Shown piece by piece: positions 20,404 through 33,269 of a stretch of DNA of 64,000 nucleotides. The DNA lies in the NCBI RefSeq assembly GCF_003334405.1, contig NZ_QOWM01000001.1; one strand, written 5' to 3'. The position numbers and the translations under genes were made by a program. This DNA is from Escherichia coli (lineage in GTDB: Bacteria; Pseudomonadota; Gammaproteobacteria; Enterobacterales; Enterobacteriaceae). The notes beneath the pieces are model-generated. The model was not told the origin of the DNA. It did not search any database and saw only the letters and a list, made by a program, of their open reading frames with translations. How positions within the stretch are numbered: position 1 is the stretch's first letter; each line of letters begins with the position of its first letter.

Positions 20404-21522
20404 ATGCATAACCAGGCTCCAATTCAACGTAGAAAATCAACACGTATTTACGTTGGGAATGTGCCGATTGGCGATGGTGCTCCCATCGCCGTACAGTCCA
20501 TGACCAATACGCGTACGACAGACGTCGAAGCAACGGTCAATCAAATCAAGGCGCTGGAACGCGTTGGCGCTGATATCGTCCGTGTATCCGTACCGACGAT
20601 GGACGCGGCAGAAGCGTTCAAACTCATCAAACAGCAGGTTAACGTGCCGCTGGTGGCTGACATCCACTTCGACTATCGCATTGCGCTGAAAGTAGCGGAA
20701 TACGGCGTCGATTGTCTGCGTATTAACCCTGGCAATATCGGTAATGAAGAGCGTATTCGCATGGTGGTTGACTGTGCGCGCGATAAAAACATTCCGATCC
20801 GTATTGGCGTTAACGCCGGATCGCTGGAAAAAGATCTGCAAGAAAAGTATGGCGAACCGACGCCGCAGGCGTTGCTGGAATCTGCCATGCGTCATGTTGA
20901 TCATCTCGATCGCCTGAACTTCGATCAGTTCAAAGTCAGCGTGAAAGCGTCTGACGTCTTCCTCGCTGTTGAGTCTTATCGTTTGCTGGCAAAACAGATC
21001 GATCAGCCGTTGCATCTGGGGATCACCGAAGCCGGTGGTGCGCGCAGCGGGGCAGTAAAATCCGCCATTGGTTTAGGTCTGCTGCTGTCTGAAGGCATCG
21101 GCGACACGCTGCGCGTATCGCTGGCGGCCGATCCGGTCGAAGAGATCAAAGTCGGTTTCGATATTTTGAAATCGCTGCGTATCCGTTCGCGAGGGATCAA
21201 CTTCATCGCCTGCCCGACCTGTTCGCGTCAGGAATTTGATGTTATCGGTACGGTTAACGCGCTGGAGCAACGCCTGGAAGATATCATCACTCCGATGGAC
21301 GTTTCGATTATCGGCTGCGTGGTGAATGGCCCAGGTGAGGCGCTGGTTTCTACACTCGGCGTCACCGGCGGCAACAAGAAAAGCGGCCTCTATGAAGATG
21401 GCGTGCGCAAAGACCGTCTGGACAACAACGATATGATCGACCAGCTGGAAGCACGCATTCGTGCGAAAGCCAGTCAGCTGGACGAAGCGCGTCGAATTGA
21501 CGTTCAGCAGGTTGAAAAATAA
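20404..21522 (+). CDS. ispG: 4-hydroxy-3-methylbut-2-enyl diphosphate synthase IspG
   Basis: 372-aa [26 protein letters not shown]; Cys motif ACPTCSR. Confidence 0.96.
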
Positions 21523-21632
21523 TAACGTGATGGGAAGCGCCTCGCTTCCCGTGTATGATTGAACCCGCATGGCTCCCGAAACATTGAGGGAAGCGTTGAG
21601 GGTTCATTTTTATATTCAGAAAGAGAATAAAC

Positions 21633-22907
21633 GTGGCAAAAAACATTCAAGCCATTCGCGGCATGAACGATTACCTGCCTGGCGAAACGGCCATCTGGCA
21701 GCGCATTGAAGGCACACTGAAAAACGTGCTCGGCAGCTACGGTTACAGTGAAATCCGCTTGCCGATTGTAGAGCAGACCCCGCTATTCAAACGTGCGATT
21801 GGTGAAGTCACCGACGTGGTTGAAAAAGAGATGTACACCTTTGAGGATCGCAATGGCGACAGCCTGACTCTGCGCCCTGAAGGGACGGCGGGCTGTGTAC
21901 GCGCCGGCATCGAGCATGGTCTTCTGTACAATCAGGAACAGCGTCTGTGGTATATCGGGCCGATGTTCCGTCACGAGCGTCCGCAGAAAGGGCGTTATCG
22001 TCAGTTCCATCAGTTGGGCTGCGAAGTTTTCGGTCTGCAAGGTCCGGATATCGACGCTGAACTGATTATGCTCACTGCCCGCTGGTGGCGCGCGCTGGGT
22101 ATTTCCGAGCACGTAACTCTTGAGCTGAACTCTATCGGTTCGCTGGAAGCACGCGCCAATTACCGCGATGCGCTGGTGGCATTCCTTGAGCAGCATAAAG
22201 AAAAGCTGGACGAAGACTGCAAACGCCGCATGTACACTAACCCGCTGCGCGTGCTGGATTCAAAAAATCCGGAAGTGCAGGCGCTTCTCAACGACGCTCC
22301 GGCATTAGGTGACTATCTGGACGAGGAATCTCGTGAGCATTTTGCCGGTCTGTGCAAACTGCTGGAGAGCGCGGGGATCGCTTACACCGTAAACCAGCGT
22401 CTGGTGCGTGGTCTGGATTACTACAACCGTACCGTTTTCGAGTGGGTGACTAACAGTCTCGGCTCCCAGGGCACCGTGTGTGCAGGCGGTCGTTATGACG
22501 GTCTTGTGGAACAACTGGGCGGTCGTGCAACACCGGCTGTCGGTTTTGCGATGGGCCTCGAACGTCTTGTATTGTTAGTACAGGCCGTTAATCCGGAATT
22601 TAAAGCCGATCCTGTTGTCGATATATACCTGGTGGCTTCAGGTGCTGATACACAATCTGCGGCTATGGCATTAGCTGAGCGTCTGCGTGATGAATTACCG
22701 GGCGTGAAATTGATGACCAACCACGGCGGCGGCAACTTTAAGAAACAGTTTGCCCGTGCTGATAAATGGGGTGCCCGCGTTGCTGTGGTGCTGGGTGAGT
22801 CTGAAGTGGCTAACGGCACAGCAGTAGTGAAGGATTTGCGCTCTGGTGAGCAAACGGCAGTTGCGCAGGATAGCGTAGCCGCGCATTTGCGCACGTTACT
22901 GGGTTAA
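21633..22907 (+). CDS. hisS: histidine--tRNA ligase
   Basis: 424-aa ORF with GTG start, [18 protein letters not shown]; class II aaRS motifs. Confidence 0.95.
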
Positions 22908-22924
22908 GGAAGGAGAAGGACAGC

Positions 22925-23545
22925 GTGGAAATTTACGAGAACGAAAACGACCAGGTAGAAGCGGTTAAACGCTTTTTTGCTGAAAATGGCAAAGCACTGG
23001 CTGTTGGGGTGATTTTGGGCGTTGGCGCACTGATTGGCTGGCGCTACTGGAACAGCCATCAGGTTGATTCTGCACGCTCCGCTTCTCTTGCCTATCAAAA
23101 TGCGGTTACCGCAGTGAGCGAAGGCAAACCGGATAGCATCCCGGCGGCGGAAAAATTTGCTGCTGAAAATAAAAATACTTATGGTGCGCTGGCTTCTTTG
23201 GAACTTGCGCAGCAATTTGTTGACAAAAATGAACTAGAGAAAGCTGCCGCCCAGTTACAACAGGGGCTGGCAGACACGAGCGATGAAAATCTCAAAGCCG
23301 TGATAAATCTGCGTCTTGCTCGCGTTCAGGTACAGCTCAAGCAGGCTGATGCCGCGCTGAAAACCCTTGATACCATCAAAGGTGAAGGGTGGGCTGCCAT
23401 TGTTGCCGACCTGCGTGGTGAAGCATTGCTGAGCAAAGGTGATAAGCAAGGTGCGCGTAGTGCATGGGAAGCAGGCGTGAAAAGCGATGTTACTCCGGCA
23501 CTGAGCGAAATGATGCAGATGAAAATTAATAATTTGTCCATCTGA
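22925..23545 (+). CDS. yfgM: YfgM (ancillary SecYEG translocon subunit, TPR-like)
   Basis: 206-aa ORF with GTG start MEIYENENDQVEAVKRFF; single TM segment. Confidence 0.93.
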   Translation: MEIYENENDQVEAVKRFFAENGKALAVGVILGVGALIGWRYWNSHQVDSARSASLAYQNAVTAVSEGKPDSIPAAEKFAAENKNTYGALASLELAQQFVDKNELEKAAAQLQQGLADTSDENLKAVINLRLARVQVQLKQADAALKTLDTIKGEGWAAIVADLRGEALLSKGDKQGARSAWEAGVKSDVTPALSEMMQMKINNLSI

Positions 23546-23555
23546 GAGGGACCCG

Positions 23556-24734
23556 ATGCAATTGCGTAAATTACTGCTGCCAGGACTGCTTTCCGTTACC
23601 CTTTTAAGCGGCTGTTCGCTGTTTAACAGCGAAGAAGATGTGGTAAAGATGTCCCCATTGCCAACCGTTGAAAACCAGTTTACGCCGACCACGGCGTGGA
23701 GCACTTCCGTTGGTAGCGGCATTGGCAACTTCTATTCCAATCTTCATCCGGCACTGGCGGACAACGTTGTCTATGCAGCGGACCGCGCTGGTTTAGTAAA
23801 AGCGCTGAATGCGGATGATGGCAAAGAAATCTGGTCTGTCAGCCTGGCCGAGAAAGATGGCTGGTTCTCTAAAGAGCCTGCATTACTTTCTGGCGGTGTG
23901 ACCGTGTCTGGTGGGCATGTCTACATTGGCAGCGAAAAGGCGCAGGTTTACGCGCTGAATACCAGCGATGGTACTGTGGCATGGCAAACTAAAGTCGCGG
24001 GTGAAGCACTTTCGCGCCCGGTGGTCAGCGACGGTCTGGTGTTAATCCACACCAGTAACGGTCAGTTACAAGCGCTGAACGAAGCTGACGGCGCTGTCAA
24101 ATGGACAGTTAACCTCGATATGCCTTCGCTCTCTTTGCGTGGCGAGTCTGCGCCGGCAACGGCTTTTGGTGCGGCCGTCGTGGGGGGCGATAATGGTCGC
24201 GTCAGCGCAGTGCTGATGGAACAGGGCCAGATGATTTGGCAGCAGCGTATTTCCCAGGCGACCGGTTCTACCGAAATTGACCGTCTGAGCGATGTTGACA
24301 CGACTCCCGTCGTTGTTAACGGCGTTGTTTTCGCGCTGGCCTATAATGGTAACCTGACGGCGCTTGATCTGCGCAGTGGTCAGATTATGTGGAAACGCGA
24401 ACTGGGTTCGGTGAATGATTTCATCGTCGACGGCAATCGCATCTATCTGGTCGATCAAAATGACCGGGTGATGGCGTTGACCATTGATGGCGGCGTTACG
24501 CTGTGGACACAAAGCGATCTGCTGCATCGCCTGCTGACTTCTCCGGTGCTGTATAATGGCAACCTGGTGGTCGGTGACAGTGAAGGTTATCTGCACTGGA
24601 TTAACGTCGAAGATGGTCGTTTCGTTGCCCAGCAAAAAGTTGATAGTTCCGGTTTCCAGACTGAACCGGTTGCCGCTGACGGCAAACTGCTGATCCAGGC
24701 AAAAGACGGAACCGTGTACTCTATTACACGTTAA
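23556..24734 (+). CDS. bamB: outer membrane protein assembly factor BamB (lipoprotein, beta-propeller)
   Basis: 392-aa ORF; lipobox LLSGC. Confidence 0.96.
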   Translation: MQLRKLLLPGLLSVTLLSGCSLFNSEEDVVKMSPLPTVENQFTPTTAWSTSVGSGIGNFYSNLHPALADNVVYAADRAGLVKALNADDGKEIWSVSLAEKDGWFSKEPALLSGGVTVSGGHVYIGSEKAQVYALNTSDGTVAWQTKVAGEALSRPVVSDGLVLIHTSNGQLQALNEADGAVKWTVNLDMPSLSLRGESAPATAFGAAVVGGDNGRVSAVLMEQGQMIWQQRISQATGSTEIDRLSDVDTTPVVVNGVVFALAYNGNLTALDLRSGQIMWKRELGSVNDFIVDGNRIYLVDQNDRVMALTIDGGVTLWTQSDLLHRLLTSPVLYNGNLVVGDSEGYLHWINVEDGRFVAQQKVDSSGFQTEPVAADGKLLIQAKDGTVYSITR

Positions 24735-24851
24735 TCGTCTCTGTCGTTCACTTTGAAAACGGCTCCTGGACAGGGGCCGTTTTCCTGTTTTTAACAACGA
24801 CGCGAATATAGCGTGCGTTGTCTGATGATTTATAAAAATGAGGCTTTAAAC

Positions 24852-26324
24852 ATGGTACCTGTGGTCGCGCTTGTCGGGCGCCCTAACGTAGGAAAATCCA
24901 CGTTATTTAACCGTCTAACTCGCACCCGAGATGCGCTGGTTGCGGATTTCCCGGGTCTGACTCGTGACCGTAAGTACGGTCGTGCGGAAATTGAAGGCCG
25001 TGAGTTTATCTGTATTGATACCGGCGGGATTGATGGCACAGAAGACGGTGTAGAAACCCGCATGGCGGAACAGTCGCTGCTGGCGATTGAAGAAGCGGAC
25101 GTCGTACTGTTTATGGTGGATGCGCGCGCGGGCCTGATGCCGGCAGATGAAGCGATTGCCAAACATCTGCGCTCCCGTGAAAAACCGACCTTCCTGGTGG
25201 CAAACAAAACTGACGGTCTGGATCCCGATCAGGCAGTGGTTGATTTCTACTCGCTTGGTTTAGGTGAAATCTACCCGATCGCCGCGTCTCACGGTCGTGG
25301 CGTATTAAGTCTGCTGGAGCATGTGCTGCTGCCGTGGATGGAAGATCTCGCACCGCAAGAGGAAGTCGACGAAGACGCTGAATACTGGGCGCAATTTGAA
25401 GCGGAAGAGAACGGCGAAGAAGAAGAGGAAGACGACTTCGACCCGCAAAGTCTGCCGATCAAACTGGCGATTGTGGGTCGTCCGAACGTAGGTAAGTCTA
25501 CACTCACTAACCGTATTCTTGGTGAAGAGCGCGTTGTTGTTTACGACATGCCTGGCACGACGCGTGACAGCATCTACATCCCAATGGAACGCGATGGACG
25601 TGAGTATGTGCTCATTGACACCGCTGGCGTACGTAAACGCGGCAAAATCACCGATGCTGTAGAGAAATTCTCCGTAATCAAAACGTTGCAGGCCATTGAA
25701 GACGCCAACGTGGTGATGTTAGTGATTGATGCGCGCGAAGGTATTTCCGATCAGGATCTCTCGCTGCTGGGCTTTATTCTCAATAGTGGGCGCTCACTTG
25801 TCATTGTGGTGAATAAGTGGGATGGCCTGAGTCAGGAAGTGAAAGAGCAGGTGAAAGAAACGCTGGACTTCCGTCTGGGCTTTATCGATTTTGCTCGTGT
25901 GCACTTTATCTCTGCCTTGCACGGCAGTGGTGTTGGTAACTTGTTTGAATCAGTACGTGAAGCGTATGACAGCTCCACCCGTCGTGTGGGGACCTCTATG
26001 CTGACGCGCATCATGACGATGGCTGTTGAAGATCACCAACCGCCGCTGGTACGCGGTCGTCGTGTGAAGCTGAAATATGCCCACGCCGGTGGTTATAACC
26101 CGCCGATTGTGGTGATTCACGGTAATCAGGTGAAAGACCTGCCTGATTCCTACAAGCGCTACTTGATGAACTACTTCCGCAAATCGCTGGACGTAATGGG
26201 ATCGCCGATTCGTATTCAGTTCAAAGAAGGGGAAAACCCGTATGCGAATAAGCGTAACACCCTGACGCCAACCCAGATGCGTAAACGTAAGCGTCTGATG
26301 AAGCACATCAAGAAAAATAAATAA
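24852..26324 (+). CDS. der: ribosome-associated GTPase Der (EngA), tandem GTPase domains
   Basis: ORF 24813-26324 trimmed to ATG 24852 (490 aa, [20 protein letters not shown]); two G1 motifs GRPNVGKS; acidic inter-domain linker. Confidence 0.95.
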
Positions 26325-26393
26325 TTATCCGTAAGTATTTTATCTGCCATTCCCTCTATGAATGTAGAGGGAATGGCTACCGGAGGAATTCAT

Positions 26394-28006
<1,613 letters not shown>

Positions 28007-28088
28007 TTATTCAGTCGATAGTAACCCGCCCTTCGGGGATAGCAAGCATTTTTTGCAAAAAGGGGTAGATGCAATCGGTTACGCTCTG

Positions 28089-28094
28089 TATAAT
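28089..28094 (+). promoter_or_regulatory. candidate guaBA promoter -10 (TATAAT)
   Basis: TATAAT 44 bp upstream of guaB ATG in the xseA-guaB divergent region. Confidence 0.4.
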
Positions 28095-28137
28095 GCCGCG
28101 GCAATATTTATTAACCACTCTGGTCGAGATATTGCCC

Positions 28138-29604
28138 ATGCTACGTATCGCTAAAGAAGCTCTGACGTTTGACGACGTTCTCCTCGTTCCTGCTCACTCT
28201 ACCGTTCTGCCGAATACTGCTGACCTCAGCACCCAGCTGACGAAAACTATTCGTCTGAATATCCCTATGCTTTCCGCAGCAATGGATACCGTAACGGAAG
28301 CGCGCCTGGCTATTGCTCTGGCTCAGGAAGGCGGTATCGGCTTTATCCACAAAAACATGTCCATTGAACGCCAGGCAGAAGAAGTTCGCCGTGTGAAAAA
28401 ACACGAATCTGGTGTGGTGACTGATCCGCAGACTGTTCTGCCAACCACGACGCTGCGCGAAGTGAAAGAACTGACCGAGCGTAACGGTTTTGCGGGCTAT
28501 CCGGTCGTTACCGAAGAAAACGAACTGGTGGGTATTATCACCGGTCGTGACGTGCGTTTTGTTACCGACCTGAACCAGCCGGTTAGCGTTTACATGACGC
28601 CGAAAGAGCGTCTGGTCACCGTGCGTGAAGGTGAAGCCCGTGAAGTGGTGCTGGCAAAAATGCACGAAAAACGCGTTGAAAAAGCGCTGGTGGTTGATGA
28701 CGAATTCCACCTGATCGGCATGATCACCGTGAAAGACTTCCAGAAAGCGGAACGTAAACCGAACGCCTGTAAAGACGAGCAAGGCCGTCTGCGTGTTGGT
28801 GCAGCGGTTGGCGCAGGTGCGGGTAACGAAGAGCGTGTTGACGCGCTGGTTGCCGCAGGCGTTGACGTTCTGCTGATCGACTCCTCCCACGGTCACTCAG
28901 AAGGTGTACTGCAACGTATCCGTGAAACCCGTGCTAAATATCCGGATCTGCAAATTATCGGCGGCAACGTGGCAACAGCTGCAGGTGCACGCGCTCTGGC
29001 AGAAGCTGGTTGCAGTGCGGTTAAAGTCGGCATTGGCCCTGGCTCTATCTGTACAACTCGTATCGTGACTGGCGTCGGTGTTCCGCAGATTACCGCTGTT
29101 GCTGACGCAGTAGAAGCCCTGGAAGGCACCGGTATTCCGGTTATCGCTGATGGCGGTATTCGCTTCTCCGGCGACATCGCCAAAGCTATCGCCGCTGGCG
29201 CAAGCGCGGTGATGGTAGGTTCCATGCTGGCGGGTACTGAAGAATCTCCGGGTGAAATCGAACTCTACCAGGGCCGTTCTTACAAATCTTACCGTGGTAT
29301 GGGTTCCCTGGGCGCGATGTCCAAAGGTTCCTCTGACCGTTATTTCCAGAGCGATAACGCTGCCGACAAACTGGTGCCGGAAGGTATCGAAGGTCGCGTA
29401 GCCTATAAAGGTCGCCTGAAAGAGATCATTCACCAGCAGATGGGCGGCCTGCGCTCCTGTATGGGTCTGACCGGCTGTGGTACTATCGACGAACTGCGTA
29501 CTAAAGCGGAGTTTGTACGTATCAGCGGTGCGGGCATTCAGGAAAGCCACGTTCACGACGTGACCATTACTAAAGAGTCCCCGAACTACCGTCTGGGCTC
29601 CTGA
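28138..29604 (+). CDS. guaB: IMP dehydrogenase
   Basis: ORF 28069-29604 trimmed to ATG 28138 (488 aa, [21 protein letters not shown]); active-site [11 protein letters not shown]. Confidence 0.96.
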
Positions 29605-29612
29605 TTCTCTTC

Positions 29613-29640
29613 GCCCGACTTCATGTCGGGCGATTTATAT
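29613..29640 (+). terminator. candidate partial terminator/hairpin between guaB and guaA
   Basis: Hairpin cgcccgac-ttcat-gtcgggcg followed by atttatatt. Confidence 0.35.
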
Positions 29641-29672
29641 TATCTGTTTCACTTGCCTCGGAATAAGCGTCA

Positions 29673-31250
29673 ATGACGGAAAACATTCATAAGCATCGCA
29701 TCCTCATTCTGGACTTCGGTTCTCAGTACACTCAACTGGTTGCGCGCCGCGTGCGTGAGCTGGGTGTTTACTGCGAACTGTGGGCGTGGGATGTGACAGA
29801 AGCACAAATTCGTGACTTCAATCCAAGCGGCATTATTCTTTCCGGCGGCCCGGAAAGTACTACTGAAGAAAACAGTCCGCGTGCGCCGCAGTATGTCTTT
29901 GAAGCAGGCGTACCGGTATTCGGCGTTTGCTATGGCATGCAGACCATGGCAATGCAGTTGGGCGGTCACGTTGAAGCCTCTAACGAACGTGAATTTGGCT
30001 ACGCGCAGGTTGAAGTCGTAAACGACAGCGCACTGGTTCGCGGTATCGAAGATGCGCTGACCGCAGACGGTAAACCGCTGCTCGATGTCTGGATGAGCCA
30101 CGGCGATAAAGTTACCGCTATTCCGTCCGACTTCATCACCGTAGCCAGCACCGAAAGCTGCCCGTTTGCCATTATGGCTAACGAAGAAAAACGCTTCTAT
30201 GGCGTACAGTTCCACCCGGAAGTGACTCACACCCGCCAGGGTATGCGCATGCTGGAGCGTTTTGTGCGTGATATCTGCCAGTGTGAAGCCCTGTGGACGC
30301 CAGCGAAAATTATCGACGATGCTGTAGCTCGCATCCGCGAGCAGGTAGGCGACGATAAAGTCATCCTCGGCCTCTCTGGTGGTGTGGATTCCTCCGTAAC
30401 CGCAATGCTGCTGCACCGCGCTATCGGTAAAAACCTGACTTGCGTATTCGTCGACAACGGCCTGCTGCGCCTCAACGAAGCAGAGCAGGTTCTGGATATG
30501 TTTGGCGATCACTTTGGTCTTAACATTGTTCACGTACCGGCAGAAGATCGCTTCCTGTCAGCGCTGGCTGGCGAAAACGATCCGGAAGCAAAACGTAAAA
30601 TCATCGGTCGCGTTTTCGTTGAAGTATTCGATGAAGAAGCGCTGAAACTGGAAGACGTGAAGTGGCTGGCGCAGGGCACCATCTACCCTGACGTTATCGA
30701 ATCTGCGGCGTCTGCAACCGGTAAAGCACACGTCATCAAATCTCACCACAACGTGGGCGGCCTGCCGAAAGAGATGAAGATGGGCCTGGTTGAACCGCTG
30801 AAAGAGCTGTTCAAAGACGAAGTGCGTAAGATTGGTCTGGAGCTGGGCCTGCCGTACGACATGCTGTACCGTCACCCGTTCCCGGGACCAGGCCTTGGCG
30901 TTCGTGTTCTGGGTGAAGTGAAGAAAGAGTACTGTGACCTGCTGCGCCGTGCTGACGCCATCTTCATTGAAGAACTGCGTAAAGCGGACCTGTACGACAA
31001 AGTCAGCCAGGCGTTCACTGTGTTCCTGCCGGTACGTTCCGTTGGCGTAATGGGCGATGGTCGTAAGTATGACTGGGTTGTCTCTCTGCGTGCTGTCGAA
31101 ACCATCGACTTTATGACCGCACACTGGGCGCATCTGCCGTACGATTTCCTCGGTCGCGTTTCCAACCGCATTATCAATGAAGTGAACGGTATTTCCCGCG
31201 TGGTGTATGACATCAGCGGCAAGCCGCCAGCTACCATTGAGTGGGAATGA
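29673..31250 (+). CDS. guaA: GMP synthase (glutamine-hydrolysing)
   Basis: 525-aa [25 protein letters not shown]; GATase and ATP-PPase (SGGVDSS) motifs. Confidence 0.97.
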
Positions 31251-31274
31251 TTTGACCCTGCACTATGAATGAAC

Positions 31275-31304
31275 AAAACCCTCTGTTACTACAGAGGGTT
31301 TTTT
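31275..31304. terminator. bidirectional intrinsic terminator between guaA and yfgI
   Basis: aaaa-ccctctgt-tact-acagaggg-tttttt. Confidence 0.75.
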
Positions 31305-31342
31305 ATCTTCAAGAATTATAGGATTGAAGTTACTAACATCGA

Positions 31343-31882
31343 TTAATTAAACCAGCTGTCCGATTTGTTCTCTTCTGCTTTGCCCACGCTTTTCATCAGA
31401 TCGCGACCGCCTTCAGTCATATTTCTGTTGGCGTCAGCTTCAGATTGCACCACATCGGTTTGCGCAGCTTTGTGCTTCAGTTCCTGATCGATAAATTCGT
31501 TTTCTCGCTTAACGCGGGCTTCTTCTTTCGCCAGCGCCAGTTTTTGTTTCTGAATCTCTAAGCTGCGTAGCTCATCTTCATAACTTTGATCGCGTTTTTT
31601 GTCCGCAGAGGCTTCGGCGTCCAGTTTATCCTGACGAGCTTTCTTATTTGCCGCTGCCGTTGCCGCTCTTTTGTTAGCGGCGGCCTGGGCATTTGCGCGA
31701 CGTTGCTTCTCTTGCTGGATTTCCCTGTTGCGCTCCGCGACCCATTCGTCATGCTGCCTTTGCTCTTCATTTTTACCTTGCTGTTCCGCTTCTGCGACAG
31801 CAGAGAGTTGATCCTGCAATGATGAGGCGATAGCCGGATAGCTTAAGGAGGCTAAGATGGCGCAAAGAAAAACTTTCTTCAT
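31343..31882 (-). CDS. yfgI: YfgI (secreted, charged coiled-coil-like protein)
   Basis: 179-aa ORF with signal peptide MKKVFLCAILASLSYPAIASS; K/E/A/Q-rich. Confidence 0.9.
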   Translation of the reverse strand: MKKVFLCAILASLSYPAIASSLQDQLSAVAEAEQQGKNEEQRQHDEWVAERNREIQQEKQRRANAQAAANKRAATAAANKKARQDKLDAEASADKKRDQSYEDELRSLEIQKQKLALAKEEARVKRENEFIDQELKHKAAQTDVVQSEADANRNMTEGGRDLMKSVGKAEENKSDSWFN

Positions 31883-31897
31883 GACTCCTCCTGATTA

Positions 31898-32416
31898 TTA
31901 GCTCTTTTCAGGACATTTGGTATTTGGCTGAATACGCGTTTCGTTATACGTCGTGGTAATAACAACGGCTAAACCTGTCGTAAACTGGCACTCTTTACCC
32001 ACCTGGGTAGAGGTATACACTTTGGTGCCTTCCTTATAGGTTAAAGAAACACCTTCCACTAAGGTTTTATCATTCACCATAGAACCCGCTGCCGCGCCTA
32101 CAGCTCCGCCGCCAACTGCACCTGCCGTCGTTCCGGAATTGCTGCCAGACCCGACGTTGTGGCCGATAACACCGCCAGCGACTGCGCCAATAAGCGCGCC
32201 GAAGGCTTGTGCGTTCCGTTTATTTTGGGAGTTGTCTACGGCAACTTTTGCGGGAAGAATGGAAATAATATTAACGGTTTTAGTTTCTTGTTTGGTATTC
32301 AGTTGATCGGTTTGATAAACATCGGCAGCATGATCGTCAGCATTTGACTGGCATCCTGCCAGAGTGAATGACGCTAACATTGCCACAGGCAGAAGACATT
32401 TTTTAAATTTCATCAC
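31898..32416 (-). CDS. yfgH: YfgH (glycine-zipper outer membrane lipoprotein)
   Basis: 172-aa ORF; lipobox LAGC; Gly-rich zipper GALIGAVAGGVIGHNVGSG. Confidence 0.9.
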   Translation of the reverse strand: MMKFKKCLLPVAMLASFTLAGCQSNADDHAADVYQTDQLNTKQETKTVNIISILPAKVAVDNSQNKRNAQAFGALIGAVAGGVIGHNVGSGSNSGTTAGAVGGGAVGAAAGSMVNDKTLVEGVSLTYKEGTKVYTSTQVGKECQFTTGLAVVITTTYNETRIQPNTKCPEKS

Positions 32417-32726
32417 TATTCCTTGTTATACACATTACGAAAAATAAGACATTTAAGATCATCAAAAGAGGAAAGTAAATGTATTGCGTATAAAGGGATA
32501 GATTAAATTTATTAAAATTCACGCAGGGAATAATTTATAAAAATATATCATTACAACATATATATTAATTTTATATTTATTTCGCAGCCAAACAGGATAA
32601 ACATCAGTCAGGATAAAGACGTAAAATTTAAGATGAAAGAATATCTGCCGCTTTGATAATCCCAAACAGCAAAAGCATCCGACAGCGAAGTGCCGTTATG
32701 TTCTGTGAAAGTGGAGAAGGTAACCG

Positions 32727-32918
32727 CTAACGTTGTACCGGTGATTCGACGGAGAGTGTGGATTGCTGAGCTTCTTTTTTGCTCTGATGGTGCTGCCAGG
32801 CACCGACGGACGAGTAGATAAAACGGCCAAAGAAGAAGATAAAGCTGATGAGCAGTACGATACGGGTCATGCGACTGTTAAATCGGTGTCGTTTTCGCAT
32901 ACTGGTTGCCTGACTCAC
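32727..32918 (-). CDS. yfgG: YfgG (small membrane protein)
   Basis: 63-aa ORF MSQATSMRKRHRFNSRMTRIVLLISFIFFFGRFIY. Confidence 0.8.
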   Translation of the reverse strand: MSQATSMRKRHRFNSRMTRIVLLISFIFFFGRFIYSSVGAWQHHQSKKEAQQSTLSVESPVQR

Positions 32919-33128
32919 AAAAGGTTCCTTGAAGTATGTCCCACGCTGTGGACGGTACTTACATTAAGGCACAACAGGACAAAATGGTCAATTCTTCGTT
33001 ATGTAAAAAAGCGTCAGTGGATACATATTTTAATGTTATGGAAGTTAATTTAATTATTTACAATGATGATGTAATAATGATGAATTAACATGATAAACGT
33101 AATAATTCATTAATCAGGGTTATTTTGT

Positions 33129-33142
33129 TTGATATATATCAA
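33129..33142 (+). promoter_or_regulatory. FNR-type binding site (TTGAT-N4-ATCAA) upstream of pdeF
   Basis: Perfect TTGATatatATCAA; TAGAAT -10 candidate at 33164-33169 puts the site near -41.5 (class II geometry). Confidence 0.6.
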
Positions 33143-33269
33143 TTGGTACTTTCATATGACACTTAGAATCAATGCTCTCTATAGTGATGAATAATCATCA
33201 TTCGAAGTCAGGTGGGATGCCTGTCTGAATACACCTCCTTCAGGATGTGGGGGATTCTGCTGAGCATCT

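Noticed and set aside
21536-21565. GC hairpin gggaagcg-cct-cgcttccc after ispG as a terminator
   Set aside because: Good stem but no U-tract, and hisS follows on the same strand within 70 bp; could be a structured leader element but unsupported
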